A stretch of 64,000 nucleotides of DNA from Antechinus flavipes (taxonomy: Eukaryota), in contig NC_067401.1 in assembly GCF_016432865.1 (NCBI RefSeq), positions 277,016,001 through 277,080,000 on the forward strand, written 5' to 3'. A program made the position numbers and the translations under genes. Positions 1 through 13,059 of the stretch are shown piece after piece (the stretch's first letter is position 1; the number at the start of each line of letters is the position of its first letter). The notes under the pieces are model-generated. The model saw only the letters and a program-made list of their open reading frames with translations, made no database searches and had not been told where the DNA came from.

Positions 1-132
1 ATTTTTCTCAGTTTTCTTATTTATAAAATGAGCTGGAGAAGAAAATGCCAAAGCACTCCGATATCTTTGCCAAAAATTACCCCACTAGAATCGAGTCTTA
101 AGGATCTGAAACTACTGAAAAGATTGAGCAAC
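1..132 (+). mobile_element. MAR1-type CORE-SINE, 3' part
   Basis: CORE motif (cagttttcttatttataaaatgag) followed by a BovB/RTE-like tail (ctggagaagaaaatgccaaagcactccgatatctttgccaa...actgaaaagattgagcaacaa). Confidence 0.7.
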
Positions 133-149
133 AATGCTTTCTGGAATTG

Positions 150-882
150 TGCACAGCCCTGAGGTTACAATGAAAGGCAAAAACATTGGCCCTATAGGCA
201 AGGAACTCACTTTCTAATGGGATAGACAATGTGCAAATAATTATGCAAAACAAGATGGCTACTATGTAAAAGGAATATAGGAAAGGAAACTTGGTGTATG
301 TGTCTGTGTGTATATTTAAGTATCCTTAAAGGCCTCCAGCAGAAAGTGCTGGCTCCTGTAGAGCACTTGGGGAATTAAGAGGGGAGAATTAAGCAGAAAT
401 CATTCTAGACATGGAAGATAGCCACTGGGTAAAAATGCACAGTTTAGGAGATGGAGTATTATGGGGTTAGAAACAGCAAGTAGCTGGATCCCAGAGAATT
501 CAGATAGGAGAAAAGCATAAGAAGACAGGAAAGGTAAAAGGGGCAAAGTTGTTAAAGCCTTTAAATACTGGAAGATTTGTCATTTTTTTTTATTCTGGAG
601 CTTAATAAAGAGCTGTTAGAATTTATTAGGAAGAGGTAAAATGGTCAAACCTATCTTTTAGGAAAATCACTTTGACAGCTGTAAGGAGAATGAATTGAAC
701 TGGGAAGAGATTTGAGTCAGGAATACCAACTTGAAGGTTATTACTATAATCTAGATGAGAGAGTTTGTTGTAGAGTGATGAGTTATTTGAGGGGACAGTA
801 GCAGATAAATATGCAAAATGCCTTGAAGGTAGAAATTTCAAGATTTTACAACAAATTGGATGTCTCTGTGTGTGTGTGTGTG

Positions 883-924
<42 letters not shown>

Positions 925-1110
925 GTGTGAGAAGTGAAGGCAAGTGATAAGATGAATGCAACACCTGAGGATAGGAGCCTGGATATTTGAAATAATGGTG
1001 CTGACCTTGAGAGTAAGAGGAAAAGTGGAAAATAGGAAAAAAGGAAAAAAAGGAGGCAATCTGTAGAAAAATCATGTCTAAATATTGTGTGATGTTCAAC
1101 ATGAGATGTT
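150..1110 (-). mobile_element. L2 LINE fragment, interrupted by a (TG)n microsatellite
   Basis: Purine-rich antisense L2 hallmarks (aaggaactcactttctaatgg; ttttaggaaaatcactttgacagctg; gagtcaggaataccaa...ctataatctagatgagag). Confidence 0.7.
866..929. repeat. (TG)n microsatellite, imperfect
   Basis: Seen directly; explains the THTHTH run in ORFs 626-1102 and 838-1059. Confidence 0.97.
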
Positions 1111-1127
1111 TAGTAGGTAGTTGGTAA

Positions 1128-1271
1128 NNNNNNNNNNNNNNNNNNNNNNNNNNNNNNNNNNNNNNNNNNNNNNNNNNNNNNNNNNNNNNNNNNNNNNNNN
1201 NNNNNNNNNNNNNNNNNNNNNNNNNNNNNNNNNNNNNNNNNNNNNNNNNNNNNNNNNNNNNNNNNNNNNNN
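1128..1271. other. Assembly gap (N run)
   Basis: 144 N, followed by a degenerate (AAG/AAC)n tract at 1272-1350. Confidence 1.
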
Positions 1272-1350
1272 CAACAAGAAGAAAAAGAACAAGATCAAGA
1301 ATAAGAACAAGAAGAAACAAGAACAAGAAGACAACAATGACAACAACTAC
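1272..1350. repeat. Degenerate (AAG/AAC)n simple repeat
   Basis: caacaagaagaaaaagaacaagatcaagaataagaacaagaagaaacaagaacaagaagacaacaatgacaacaactac. Confidence 0.85.
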
Positions 1351-1399
1351 AGGACCAGTCCTCTGAAGATAAGAGAGAACATAAGACATGTAGAGAAGT

Positions 1400-1447
1400 G
1401 TTTTGTTTCTGTTTCTGTTTTTGGTTTTTGGTTTTTGGTTTTTGGTT
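1400..1447. repeat. (GTTTCT)n/(GGTTTT)n hexamer simple repeat within L2 remnants
   Basis: Seen directly. Confidence 0.85.
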
Positions 1448-2554
1448 TGCCAAGAGAAGAACTTGTTAAGAGTTCTTTATGTAAGACAGAGCTAAAGAAG
1501 GTAGTAGAGGGACATTTCTGAATAATGTGAGATGAAGAAGAGGGGCAAAGGAGGAAAAACAACTCACTTTTGGCCAAGTAAAGTATGGAGGAATCACCAT
1601 ATAAATTCTGGAATGGTTGATGTTCCACATAAAGGAGCAAAGAAAGTGATTATTTTATTTTATTCTTTCTTGTTGTTCTTAATATTCTGATATTTATAGA
1701 AAAGAAAGATTAATGTGATTTCCTCAGAATAATTTTATCCTGTCATTCCCTGGAAACTTTACCCTGATCTGACTAACAATTTCTAATCATCTCCCAACCC
1801 CAAGGTAAATTGAGAATCTCCACTGTGGCAGCAGTCTCTAACTGTCCCTATTCCTTGTAGTTATAGCTCCAGGGACACTTCTGCAATTCCTCCCTTCCTG
1901 CAGATCAACTATTCAGTTGACTCTACTGGTAACTTCGGCTTTAGATACTGTCAGCAGCTTGCTTCTGTTATCTGCAAGCAGTCTAAGCCCATCTTGTGGC
2001 TTTTCCATGAAGGTGTATTAAATAACTTGAGATCCATCTACTATTTAATTTATTTACCTAGCCTTTCTTACATATATATGTATATATGTATACATATACC
2101 CGCACACACACACACACACACAAACTTTTGTTTGTGACTCCTATCACTGAACTTCCTTTTCTGAGTAAGACATTGTATTGTTCTGGATTGCAGTTCTTTG
2201 AAACTGAATAAATGTCTTTATTTATCGGTCACTTTGTTAATCTGATTTTTATACAGACTTGACAATTCTTATATAGCATTAAAAAAAAATTCCTAATTGT
2301 GCAAAGGCCAAGACCATTCATTACTTGAGTTGATCTACCAGAACTTTGTTAAGCTAGCTGCTTCTTGGTTCATATCATGCTTCCTTCCCAAAGCAGTTTG
2401 AATCTCAGCAAATCCAAATCTTATATTTTTTCCAATTTACTCCCTTACTTGACCCCAATCCAACACACTTAGTCTTCTGTTGTTGTTGTGGTGTACCTTT
2501 CTAATGACTCACTCCTTTTGCTATTTCTGACCCATCCTGATGACTTTTAGATAG

Positions 2555-2720
2555 TTATAAGATCATACATTTAGAGATAGAAGGAACCTCAGAAGCCATT
2601 TGTCCAAGTCCCTTAATTGAGTTGCCTACAGAGGCAGGAAATGTCAGAGGTGAGATTTGAACTCAGATTTTTAAATTCCAAAGTGGGTGCTTTTTTCAGT
2701 GTTTTGCTTCTTGGGAATAG
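2555..2720 (-). mobile_element. MIR/MIR3-type SINE fragment
   Basis: tttagagatagaaggaacctcagaagccat...gtcagaggtgagatttgaactcag. Confidence 0.65.
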
Positions 2721-4851
2721 TTGAATCTTTCTTCCAAAAAGACTGAATTCACACATTGGCAGCAATTCTATTCTGCTGTTTTTGTCCCTGAGGAATGAAT
2801 CTTTAATAATAGTTCTGATGATTGCACCAGGCACAAAGAATGATACTTCTAATACTACCATATCCTTCAGATTAATTAGAAAGGTGTTGAGACAATGACA
2901 GAAAGCTGATATTTGAAAGAAGGTAGGTAATGGATTGCTCCCGCAAATCACGTTATCTACACCACAGCAACTTCCTAATTCTACCAACAAAACTTTCAGG
3001 GTGTCCAGTGGGCTCAGTTGTGACTTAAAATACATTTAAAAAAATCACACTCTATATGAGATTGTGACAGTTTTCACTTTCCCTGTGTCTCTTTGTTCTT
3101 GATTTCCTTTCCTAGTTTCCTTGTTCTCATCACAAAAAACTACCTAGAATGAAAATCTTTCTCCCATTTTCTTTTCTTTTCTTCCTCATCTTTTTCAACT
3201 AAATCAATCATTTGTATTGTATTTACAGGAATTGGAGAAACCTCCTCTACACACACTGTGATTTGTAAACTTTGATAGGTAGATTTTTTCTCAAGGGAAA
3301 TTAACCACATCAGTTTATCACCTGATTCTAATTTACATACTTTTTATAACTTTGTTTGCAGCCAGTCTTATTTTCATTTGCTCTGATAATCTGTGACTAT
3401 ACTGATTTCAATGAGAAATAAAAGGAGGAAAATGACAATTTTTGCATAATAGTTATTTTTCCCAGTTGTTTGGCTCTTTTTGATAGCCATTATAAATTAT
3501 TCACCATCCATATTTAATAGAAAATGTTAAACTCCTTAATGCATATAGATTTCCTTTCTTCTAAGAGGAAAATGTTCTGGCTGCTTGTAGTTTATTTATT
3601 TATTTACTTGTTGAATGAAATCCTCAGAGAGCACAGTGGATTTCCCTGAAGGCCTTCTGGAGTTTGAATGCAACTCCTTCAGCCCATGCTAAGCTATTGT
3701 GTTTCTCTGAAAAGATCTCCTTGGGGAGGCTATTAGGTTCTAAATTACAAAGTATCAGCCTATTGTGAGATGCTGCTAATTGATTCTGACATTGTACTGA
3801 GGTGACATTTTAAAAAGTTAATATTTATAAACCTATGGAAGATGCTAAATATTTTCTCATTTCTATGTATTATCAGTGTGGAATGACTAGTCAAGTAAGG
3901 TTGAGCAGCTATTCAAACAGATGCCTAAAAGAGACAGGTTTTATTATTATTATTTTCCCACACAGTTATTATTTTAGTCATCTGAATAAATGTAGCCAAA
4001 GGCTCACTTTGACCTAAGACACCTGGTTTCCTTCCACTTTATAACACTATCAGAGGTTATACAGTTTTGGACCAGAGTAAAATAATCAGTCAACAATTTA
4101 TGAGTTCACAAAAGTGCTGCTTCAGTTAATGACACATAACTTCATCGTTGGCAGCACTAATCATTTTCAGTGGCATGGCCAACGGGCAGCAGACATTACT
4201 GCTATCTAGCAGGAGTTAGGTCACAGAACACATCATTATTCAATGCAAACATATTTCAGCTTGAGTCCTACAATCTGGAAACCTCAGAAGTATCACATAA
4301 TCTTGACTTAACTCAGTGTGCTGACAATTACCCATACCTACATGGAGACAAATGCTTTGGATACAGAATATGACTGAATATTAAGCAGAGTACATTTTGC
4401 ATCTTACCTTCAGTGTGAAAAGAGTTATGTGGGCTTTAAATTAGTAACAACAAAAACCTTAATAAAATAATTTCGGTATCAGCCCATTCTCTCTCAAATT
4501 TGTTATATTGCTTTTAAAAAAAAGAAGCCTTTAACTTGTAAATATTGGTAGGTTTGAAAAGAACAGGTGGGGAGGGTTTGGCAAGGATAAGGACATTTGA
4601 GCTTAAATTTACTAAAACAGTAAAAAGAAAGTAAAAGGGTGTTGTAGACTGGAAGATTTGTTTTTTGATTGTATAATTATAGACACTATTCTGAATAATA
4701 GGTAAAAGGAAGCCATATATCTTGTGTACCATGTTGCAAAAGAGCTTTATTTTTCTGATGAAAGCTGTCCATAGTTCATTTTGTTCTTTTTATTATAAGA
4801 AATGTCATTAGCAGACAATATTATGCCATTTGGTTAGAAAGCTTTATGCCA

Positions 4852-5031
4852 TGATACTTATATTGTATTTAATTTATACTTTAACATATTTAACATGTAT
4901 TGGTCAACCTGCCATCTGTGGGAGGGGATGGGGGGAAGGAGGGGAAAAATTGGAACAAAAGGTTTGGCAATTGTCAATGCTGTAAAATTACCCATGCATA
5001 TAACTTGTAAATAAAAAGCTATAATAAAAAA
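4852..5031 (+). mobile_element. Young, severely 5'-truncated L1 (3' UTR end only) with 16-bp TSD
   Basis: Dasyurid-type L1 3' end (ttaacatatttaacatgtattggtcaacctgccatctg...ttacccatgcatataacttgtaaataaaaagc) with A tail; TSD agaaagctttatgcca at 4836-4851 and 5032-5047. Confidence 0.9.
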
Positions 5032-5274
5032 AGAAAGCTTTATGCCAGGAAGTATGTGTTTTCAACTATGTCAAGCTAAAAGCTATGACTTTTTCATTGT
5101 CTAGTTACTTTAATGCTTATAAGAAATTCAGTCAAGCACCTTTAAGTAACAAAATAAATCAACGGAGACTAATGGAGTCTAGCTCTATACTCACCAAGTC
5201 CTTGTCTACAGAAGTGTAAAGGCTGTGGTGAATCACACTGTAGGGCTCTCAGGATACTTTACCTCAACATTTTT

Positions 5275-5575
5275 GAAGGTGAGAGGGATGATGGAAGGCA
5301 TGAAAGATCATTTGAAGCTCTGGCAATAATTCAGTCATAAGATAAAAAGGGTCCAAAGTAGGAAAGGTAACTGTGGAAATTTTAAAAAAGAGAGGAATGA
5401 ATATAAATAGATAAAGGAATAACCACATTTGCTGATTACCAAAGCATAAACTAGCTAAGAGTAAGAAAGGAATCAAAAATAGCTTTGAGTTTTCATATTT
5501 GGGACACTGCTGCTACCTTTGACAGAAAGGGGAGTTATTCAGGAGAGAAAGGGTTTTAGAAGACAGGAGAGAAAA
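5275..5575 (-). mobile_element. L2 fragment
   Basis: Purine-rich antisense L2 pattern ending in tttgagttttcatatttggga...tttgacagaaaggggagttattcagg. Confidence 0.5.
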
Positions 5576-5869
5576 AAAATAAGAGCCATAAATTATAAGA
5601 TAGATTTCTAACTATATTTTCCCTATATCAGCAGTTTATTTTTAGGCAGATAAAATTTGTTCCCATTTTACAGTTGGGATATTTGAGTCTAAGACAGGCT
5701 GACTGACTTGCTCAGGGTCACAGAACTTAGTAACAAAAGTTATCCAAATCCCTGGCCTCCTACTTCAGTGTTAAATAGTTTTAGATATATAAACTCATAC
5801 ATATTTAATAAGTAGCATTTACATATAATTTCATTATTCAATTATTTTAGTAGAATTTTGTTGTATTTT

Positions 5870-6485
5870 ATTTTTACATTGCCTACACTTTTTCTATGTC
5901 TTTCCTCAATGCCCCAGAGAACCATCCCTTATAAACAGATATTTTAAAGAAGGAAGACTGAAAAAAAAATCAATAAAGCTAATCAAAATATTAAAAAATA
6001 TGATACTGTGTATGCAATGTTCTATGCCTCCCGAACACAAATAAGCAAAAGTTGGGGGAAGAAGGCAATCTTTTATTTTGGATAACCTTATTCTTCATAA
6101 TTTCCCACAATTAATTTTAATTTGATTTTATAGTTGTTATTTCTATTTAGATCATTGCAGTCACTTTGTATATTGTTTTCCTGATTCTACTTCCTTCATT
6201 TTGTTTCAATTCATATATCTTTCCATGCTTTTCAATATTCATCATGTTCATTGTTTCATAGGGCACAGTAATATTCCATTTATTTCTTATGTCACAGTTC
6301 ATTTAGTCATTTCCCAATCAATTGGACTTCTACTTTTTCCCTAGTATTTTGCTACCACTAGAATTGCTGCTATAAATTTTTTGGCGAATATGAAGACTTT
6401 CTTTTTGTCAATGACTTCCTTGGGAATATATGTTTCACAGTGGAATCTCAGTCAAAGGGTATTGATATTTTAGTGACTTTATTGC
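5870..6485 (-). mobile_element. Old L1 3' region, antisense
   Basis: ttgtatattgttttcctgattctacttccttcatt...cacagttcatttagtcatttcccaat...gctgctataaattttt...tcaaagggtattgatattttagtgac. Confidence 0.7.
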
Positions 6486-6721
6486 CTAATTCTAAGTAAC
6501 CTCACCTTTCTGAGCCTACACTCTCTTATCTGGAAAATATGAATAATAATAAGTCATTCAAGATTACACTATGTCATCTTTTCCTCACATCCAGGTTTTA
6601 TAAATGAGGGAACTGAGGTATAGAAATGATTTTTTTATACTCTGTTGTTGGAGAGAGTGTCAGAATCTGAGTATTCTTCTGATTCCAAATTTGAAATTAC
6701 CTTTAGCTGCTTTAGAGAACG

Positions 6722-6870
6722 TGTTGGGACAGATGACACAATGGATAGAGCACTAGTCTTGGAGTCAAGAGAACCAGAATTCAAACCAGGTCTCAAATAC
6801 CTACTAATTGTGTAATCCTAGACAAGTCACTTAACCCTGATTTTTTCAAAAAACAAACAAAACAAAAAAT
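6722..6870 (+). mobile_element. Short tRNA-derived CORE-SINE (WSINE1/MdoRep1-like)
   Basis: Pol III A/B-box-like head (acaatggatagagcactagtcttggagtcaag...aattcaaac), CORE (gacaagtcacttaaccctg) and A-rich tail. Confidence 0.75.
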
Positions 6871-7539
6871 TCAGGCAATTTATAAATGATAGACAAATTA
6901 TAAATCACTTTTTCTTTTATATTAATGACTTCCCTGCTTTTTCAGCATCTCTCCTTTCCCAGTTTAGGGAGATGTTCTGGGGCAGCATCTGGCAACATTC
7001 TTCACATTCCACCATTTAGGCAACCACCTACTCTGTTTATTTCTGGGGATAGCCTTAGACCCTATTATATTCTTGGATAGAATAAAGCATTTCACTGGGT
7101 TTACTCTAGAATAGTGTGGGCCAAACACCTTTGCACTAGGGAGTTGCCCTAGCTGACAAAAATCAGTGATATTGTTGCTCTAACTAAAGATTTTATAGTG
7201 AATCTGTCCAAACCAAATGAACTCTACAATCTTGCCTTGGGCTCTATCTAGTTTGGCTCTATATACTTGGGCAAATTGGATTTTTGCTGCTAGACCTTTC
7301 TTGACTGGTTGTTATAAATTTAGTTAGGATAATTGCTAACTTTTTATTGCGCACACATGGCCAAATTATATTTCTGAGCAAGTCATGTCTTTCCTAAATC
7401 ATTATTTTATTTAGTGTGATTGTTCCTTTTTTTTTTTTTTCATTTGAGGGTGTTAGTGATAAAAAGCGGTGACAGCAACCATAAGGACATAAAAAGCATC
7501 AGCAAACATTGAATAATCTACTAGGAGATAATCAAATGC

Positions 7540-7790
7540 CCTATAATAAGAACTGATATTTATATAGTACTTTATGTTTTGCAACATACTCTCCATACAC
7601 TATCCCATTTGATTCTCACAAAAATCCTGTGCTATTTTTATCCCCATTTTACAGATAATGAAACTAAGATCCAGAGTAGTTTAGTATGTTGCTCACAAAC
7701 ATATAGTCAGCAAGTGTCAGAGGTGGGGTATTTAAATTAAGTCTCTGCTGATTCCAAATCTAGATATCCTTCTATTATACTACACTCATA
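7540..7790 (-). mobile_element. MIR SINE
   Basis: cccatttgattctcacaaaaatcctgtg...ccccattttacagataatgaaactaag...gtcagaggtgggg. Confidence 0.75.
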
Positions 7791-9844
7791 CATGTACCTA
7801 ATAAGTCATGATAATGATTATTCAAATCTAAAAATATATCTATCCATATATATATATATATATAATGTGCATATACATGTAGTTACCTATATATTTGTGT
7901 ATATGTATTTTGTATATATATTACATATATTCATACATCTGTTTGTGTGTGACTTACTACTTACAAGAGGAAATATGTTTTAGTGGATAGAGTACTGGTC
8001 TTGGGGTCAAAAAGATGGTTCAAGTCCTGCCTGTGACATTTTCTAGCCCAGGAAGCCATGGGTTAAATACCTTAATCTCTTAGGGCTCAGGCAATTCTTT
8101 AACACTAGAAATCGTCTAATTGCATTGTTGGAGGGAGTTTCCATATCAAGAGTCCTTTGTGGCAACCAAATCACAGGTCTGAAATTCCCTTCCTCTTCCC
8201 AAAACAAACAACAAACAAACAAAAAACCACAAGTACGATTTGGGGATGATATACTATGGCTCACATTTAGACAGCATTTTAAAATCTGCAAATTATGAGA
8301 TAGATAAATGAATTTATTTGCTCCTCACCACGACCCTGCGAAGTAGGTATTATACCTATTTTAAAGATAATAAAATTGAAATTCAGAGAGGAGAGCTGGT
8401 TTAAGAATCAAATATGTAATTGATTGCTCAAAACAGGATTCAAACTCAGGTTTTCCTGGCTCCAACTTTCTGGCCAATTCTTTATTTCCCTGTAATGTTT
8501 CTCTGGATTTAATAAAAAAGAAGAAAAAAATAGACAAAAGGACACTGCATATTAGCAAGTAAACTTTGTTTAAATGTTGTCATTCAGTTCTATTTAAATG
8601 CTATAGTGGAAGACACTACTCATTTTTAGTCTAAAGTATATTATTTTGGAATGTAAAAAAACCAGTAAGTTTATGTAACTATACATTTATGATCACAACG
8701 AAAAATGAAAACTACTACTTTTTTGTTCTTGCACTAAAACCTGTATTCAGATTTGTAGCAAATATAAAGGTACAGTTCACCACTGGGTCTTCTCTTTTTG
8801 ACCATCATTTATAATAAGTCTTGAAAACCAAAGATGAGAATTCTCTAAATATACATGAGAGTCCTAAAATATCTGAGTGCCCATTAGTGCTTCCAATTAT
8901 ATTCTTTGGCATTATCATCTATTTTCCTCCAGCAGCAGCATCCTTTTCAGTACTTAACCACATTATTCTGACTTGTTACAACTGCCACTGCAGAATATAA
9001 CCATTACTGAGGGGAATAGGTTCCAAAGACCCTGTCATATAGTCAAAAATTTCATTCACAGTACATGATTCTCTGGGGCCCAAAGTCTTAAGATTTGATG
9101 ATGATGTCCAGAGGCTATGTTGTAACTAGTCTAAGGACTGAACTTGACTTCCAAAGGGCAGAGACACAACTCAGTGAAACTATGCCTGGGGACAAAATAA
9201 GTATATGTGTGGGAAGAAAGGGGCCTGTAGAATGGATGTAGGGAGCACAGCAACCCAGAAAATGGTCCTGCCTTAAAAGTAATTGCATGATGGGACAAGA
9301 GCAGCTAAAGTACTAGTTCTGGAATCTAGAAGTCCTGAGTTCAAATGTGACCTCAGATACTTACTATATTAATGCATTGATTAAACAAACAAAAAAGACC
9401 AAACCTCTCCCATATCTTGGTCATGAAAATCCCTTAGGCAATATCAATATAATATGGTTCAAAGGGTCAAAACTGAACAACAATTACAATGGGACAGCCT
9501 GTTCTTTGGAGACTAAACATAGGGAAGCACAGGAACAATGGTTTTCTGCATTTGTTGATGCCTTGGGGCAGAAGCCTGTATAAATTCTGAGGAATTGAGA
9601 AGGAGGGTCTGAAATGTCTGATAGAACAATGTACACCATGTAGAGCTGTAAATCTATTCTAACTGAGATTTTCTTCCAATTGAAATAATACAAATTTAGA
9701 GAAAATCTAGTCAAACTGCCTCCTTTAGAAAGGTAACCATAACTAAGAGAGGTAGAGGTTGAATGAGAGAAGTGAAGGGCCCAGATTTGGTGTAATTTAA
9801 TACAATTTTTTACAAAAGAAAGCTCAATAGAATAATCTATTTAC

Positions 9845-10016
9845 ATTCTGAATAAAAAACAAATAAGAAACCTATATACTTTTTTTTATAAATAGTATTT
9901 TATTTTTTCCAAATACATATAAAGATAGTACTTATTTTTATAAGATTTTGAGTTCCAAATTTTTCTCCCTTCCTCCTCCTCAAGACAACTAATCTGATAT
10001 AAATTATACACATGCA
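9845..10016 (-). mobile_element. Old L1 3' UTR, antisense; left part of a host element split by a younger L1
   Basis: T-rich start then ttttataagattttgagttccaaatttttctccc...aatctgatataaattatacacatgca; resumes at 11456. Confidence 0.7.
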
Positions 10017-11439
10017 CCTAAACACTCCAGTTTTGGGAATAAGAACTCACTATTTGACAAAAATTACTGGGAAAATTGGAAATTAGTATGGCAGAAACTA
10101 GGCATTGATCCACACTTAACACCGTACACCAAGATAAGGTCAAAATGGTTTCAGGACCTAGGCATAAAGAATAAGATTATAAATAAATTGGAAGAGCATA
10201 GGATAGTTTACCTCTCAGACCTGTGGAAGAGGAAGGAATTTATGACCAAAGAAGAATTAGAGATCATTATTGATTACAAAATAGAAAATTTTGATTATAT
10301 CAAATTGAAACGTTTCTGTACAAACAAAACTAATGCAGACAAGATTAAAAGGGAAGCAATAAACTGGGAAAATATTTTTATAGTTAAATGTTCTGATAAA
10401 GGCCTCATTTCCAAAGTATATAGAGAATTAACTCTAATATATAAGAAATCAAGCCATTCTCCAATTGATAAATGGTCAAAGCATATGAACAGGTAATTCT
10501 CAGATGAAGACATTGAAACTATTTCTAGCCATATGAAAAGATGTTCCAAGTCATTATTAATCAGAGAAATGCAAATTAAGACAACTCTGAGATACCACTA
10601 CACATCTATCAGATTGGCTAGAATGACAGGGAAAGATAATGCGGAATGTTGGAGGGGATGTGGGAAAACAGGGACACTGATACATTGTTGGTGGAATTGT
10701 GAACACATCCAGCCATTCTGGAGAGCAATTTGGAACTATGCTCAAAAAGTTATCAAACTGTACAATACCCTTTGATCCAGCAGTGCTACTACTGGGCTTA
10801 TACCCCAAAGAGATACTAAAGAAGGGAAAGGGACCTGTATGTGCCAAAATGTTTGTGGCAGCCTTCTTTGTAGTGGCTAGAAACTGGAAAATGAATGGAT
10901 GCCCATCAATTGGAGAATTGGGTAAATTGTGGTATATGAATGTTATGGGATATTACTGTTCTGTAAGAAATGACCAGCAGGATGAATACAGAGAGGCTTG
11001 GAGAGACTTACATGAACTGATGCTAAGTGAAATGAGCAGAACCAGGAGATCACTATATACTTCAACAACAATACTATATGAGGATGTATTATGAAGGAAG
11101 TGGATTTCTTTGACAAAGAGATCTAACTCAGTTTCAATCAATCAGTGATGGACAGAAACAGCAACATCCAAAGAAAGAACACTGGAAAATGAATGTAAAC
11201 TGAATGCATTTTTGTTTTTCTTCCCAGGTTATTTTTACCTTCTGAATCCAATTCTCTCTGTGCAACAAGAGAACTGTTCGGTTCTGCACACATATATTGT
11301 ATCTAGGATATACTATGACATATTTAACATGTATAGGATTGCTTGCCATCTGGGTAGGCGGGGAGAGGGAGGGGAAAAGTCAGAACAGAAGTGAATGCAA
11401 GGGATTATGTTGTAAAAAATTACCCAGGCAAAATAAAAA
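10017..11439 (+). mobile_element. 5'-truncated L1 (frameshifted ORF2 C-terminus plus 3' UTR) with 16-bp TSD
   Basis: ORFs 10188-10496, 10533-10775 and 10699-11094 give L1 ORF2 C-terminal peptides (INWENIF...SDKGLISKVY; MQIKTTLRYHYT; CWRGCGKTGTLIHCWW); TSD aaattatacacatgca at 10001-10016 and 11440-11455. Confidence 0.95.
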
Positions 11440-11455
11440 AAATTATACACATGCA

Positions 11456-11960
11456 ATCATATTAAATGAATTTTCACATTAGTCATATTGTGAAGAAGAA
11501 ACAGAAGAAAAGAAAACCTCACTTAAAAAATGTGGAAGTAGTATGCTTTGATCTGCATTTAGATTTTACAATTCTTTCTCTGGATGTGGTTAGCATTTTC
11601 CATCATGAATCTTTGGAATTGTCTTGGATTATTGTATTGCTAAGAAGAGCTAAGTTATTCATAGCTGACCATTGCACAATATTGCTGTTATTATTTACAA
11701 TACTCTCCTGATTCTACTCACTTCAATAAGAATCAGTTCATGTAAGTCTTTCTGAAATCTACCTGCTCATCATTTCTTATAGAACACTAGTATTTCATTA
11801 CATCAATATACCATCACTTATTCAGACATTCCCCAGTGGATGGGGCTTCCCCTCAAATTTCAATTCTTTTTCACTACAAAAAGAGCTGTTATAAATATTT
11901 ATCTACCTGTAGATCCCTTTTTATAATTTCTTTGGCATAAAGATCTGGTAATAGTAGTAG
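11456..11960 (-). mobile_element. Old L1 3' region, antisense; right part of the split host element
   Basis: gtatgctttgatctgcatttag...ttctttctctggatgtggttagcattttccatcatg...gctgttataaatattt. Confidence 0.75.
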
Positions 11961-13059
11961 CATTTACAAAAACCCTTTCAAATAGTTTCAGTGATTAACT
12001 TAGACTATTATTATTATAATAACTTTTAAATAAACCTATTTCTGGGCAGGAAGAAAGGACAGATGGTATAACTTGGTTTGATGCCCCTACATGATTACTT
12101 ATTAGCCATATGACTTTGGGCAAGCATTTCATCTCAATGGGTTTCCAGCTCTTCTTTTAAAAACTAATACAATTGAACTTGATATATGAGGTTCCTTTTA
12201 ATTGTTTAACAGTCTAAAAACTTGAGACATCAGGAACAGAGTCTGCTACTAAGTAGCTGATATTTGAGGGTAGTTAGCACTTTAGAAACATTGAGATGCT
12301 GTGATTTGATTTTCTTAAATAATTTTCATATAGGACCCTCCAACAGGATCCCTATGCCTTTGGATGGGTTCTCTCCATGCCTCAGATGTATTTCTTCTTC
12401 TTTAAGAATGCCTACTTTCCTTCAGAGTTCAGCGCAAAGGATGTTTATTTTGTGTTAATTTTGTACATATTTATAATCATTAACACTATCTGTGTTTTTT
12501 TTCCAATGAATATACGCTTCTCAAGGATAAAGACGGTTTCATTTTTTCATTGTATATTCTTTATTATGTTATTTTATTCTGTATTATTAATTTGTGTTAA
12601 TCTGTATATTATATTCTTAGTATATTCAGCCACATATTATGTGTGTGGCATAGAATAGGCTTTATACTTGTTGATTAATTGATTGTATGATTATCTTTTT
12701 TGACAATTCTGCATTTTATCTTCTGCCCAAGATAAATTAAAATTATTATAGACTCTGGTGTAGAAACACTAAAGAAATATTTATCAAAGCATTGTGAACC
12801 ATGGATAGGAAGAACTGTATAATGATAGCAGCTCATGCACAGGAAATGCACTAGGTTGGTATATTTAGGGAAAACAAATTTAACTCTCTTTTGATTGGCC
12901 CAAAAGGATGCTATTGCTTCATATTCAAAGAATTTTCATGAGAGAATTACTAATATTCCTTTGCTGAACACAGTACTGAGATCATTATAGTCACCTGGTT
13001 TCATTCTGTTAGATGAAAAGCTACCTATGAAACATCACTTAGCACAGCAAAGTCTTCAC

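Noticed and set aside
626-1640. Long ORFs 626-1102, 838-1059, 1096-1389 and others
   Set aside because: They are translations of antisense L2, the (TG)n microsatellite and the N gap, with no protein-like composition.
4170-4373. 67-aa ORF in non-repeat DNA
   Set aside because: No recognisable domain or splice context, and ORFs of this length are expected by chance.
9000-9060. Possible Tigger/mariner-like terminal sequence (ggggaataggttccaaagaccc)
   Set aside because: Too short and no matching second TIR found.
9490-9583. Peptide LETKHREAQEQWFSAFVDAL resembling a PH-domain C-terminal helix
   Set aside because: No credible splice acceptor upstream, the ORF start lies in a SINE tail, and no further PH-domain exons are visible. 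Probably chance.
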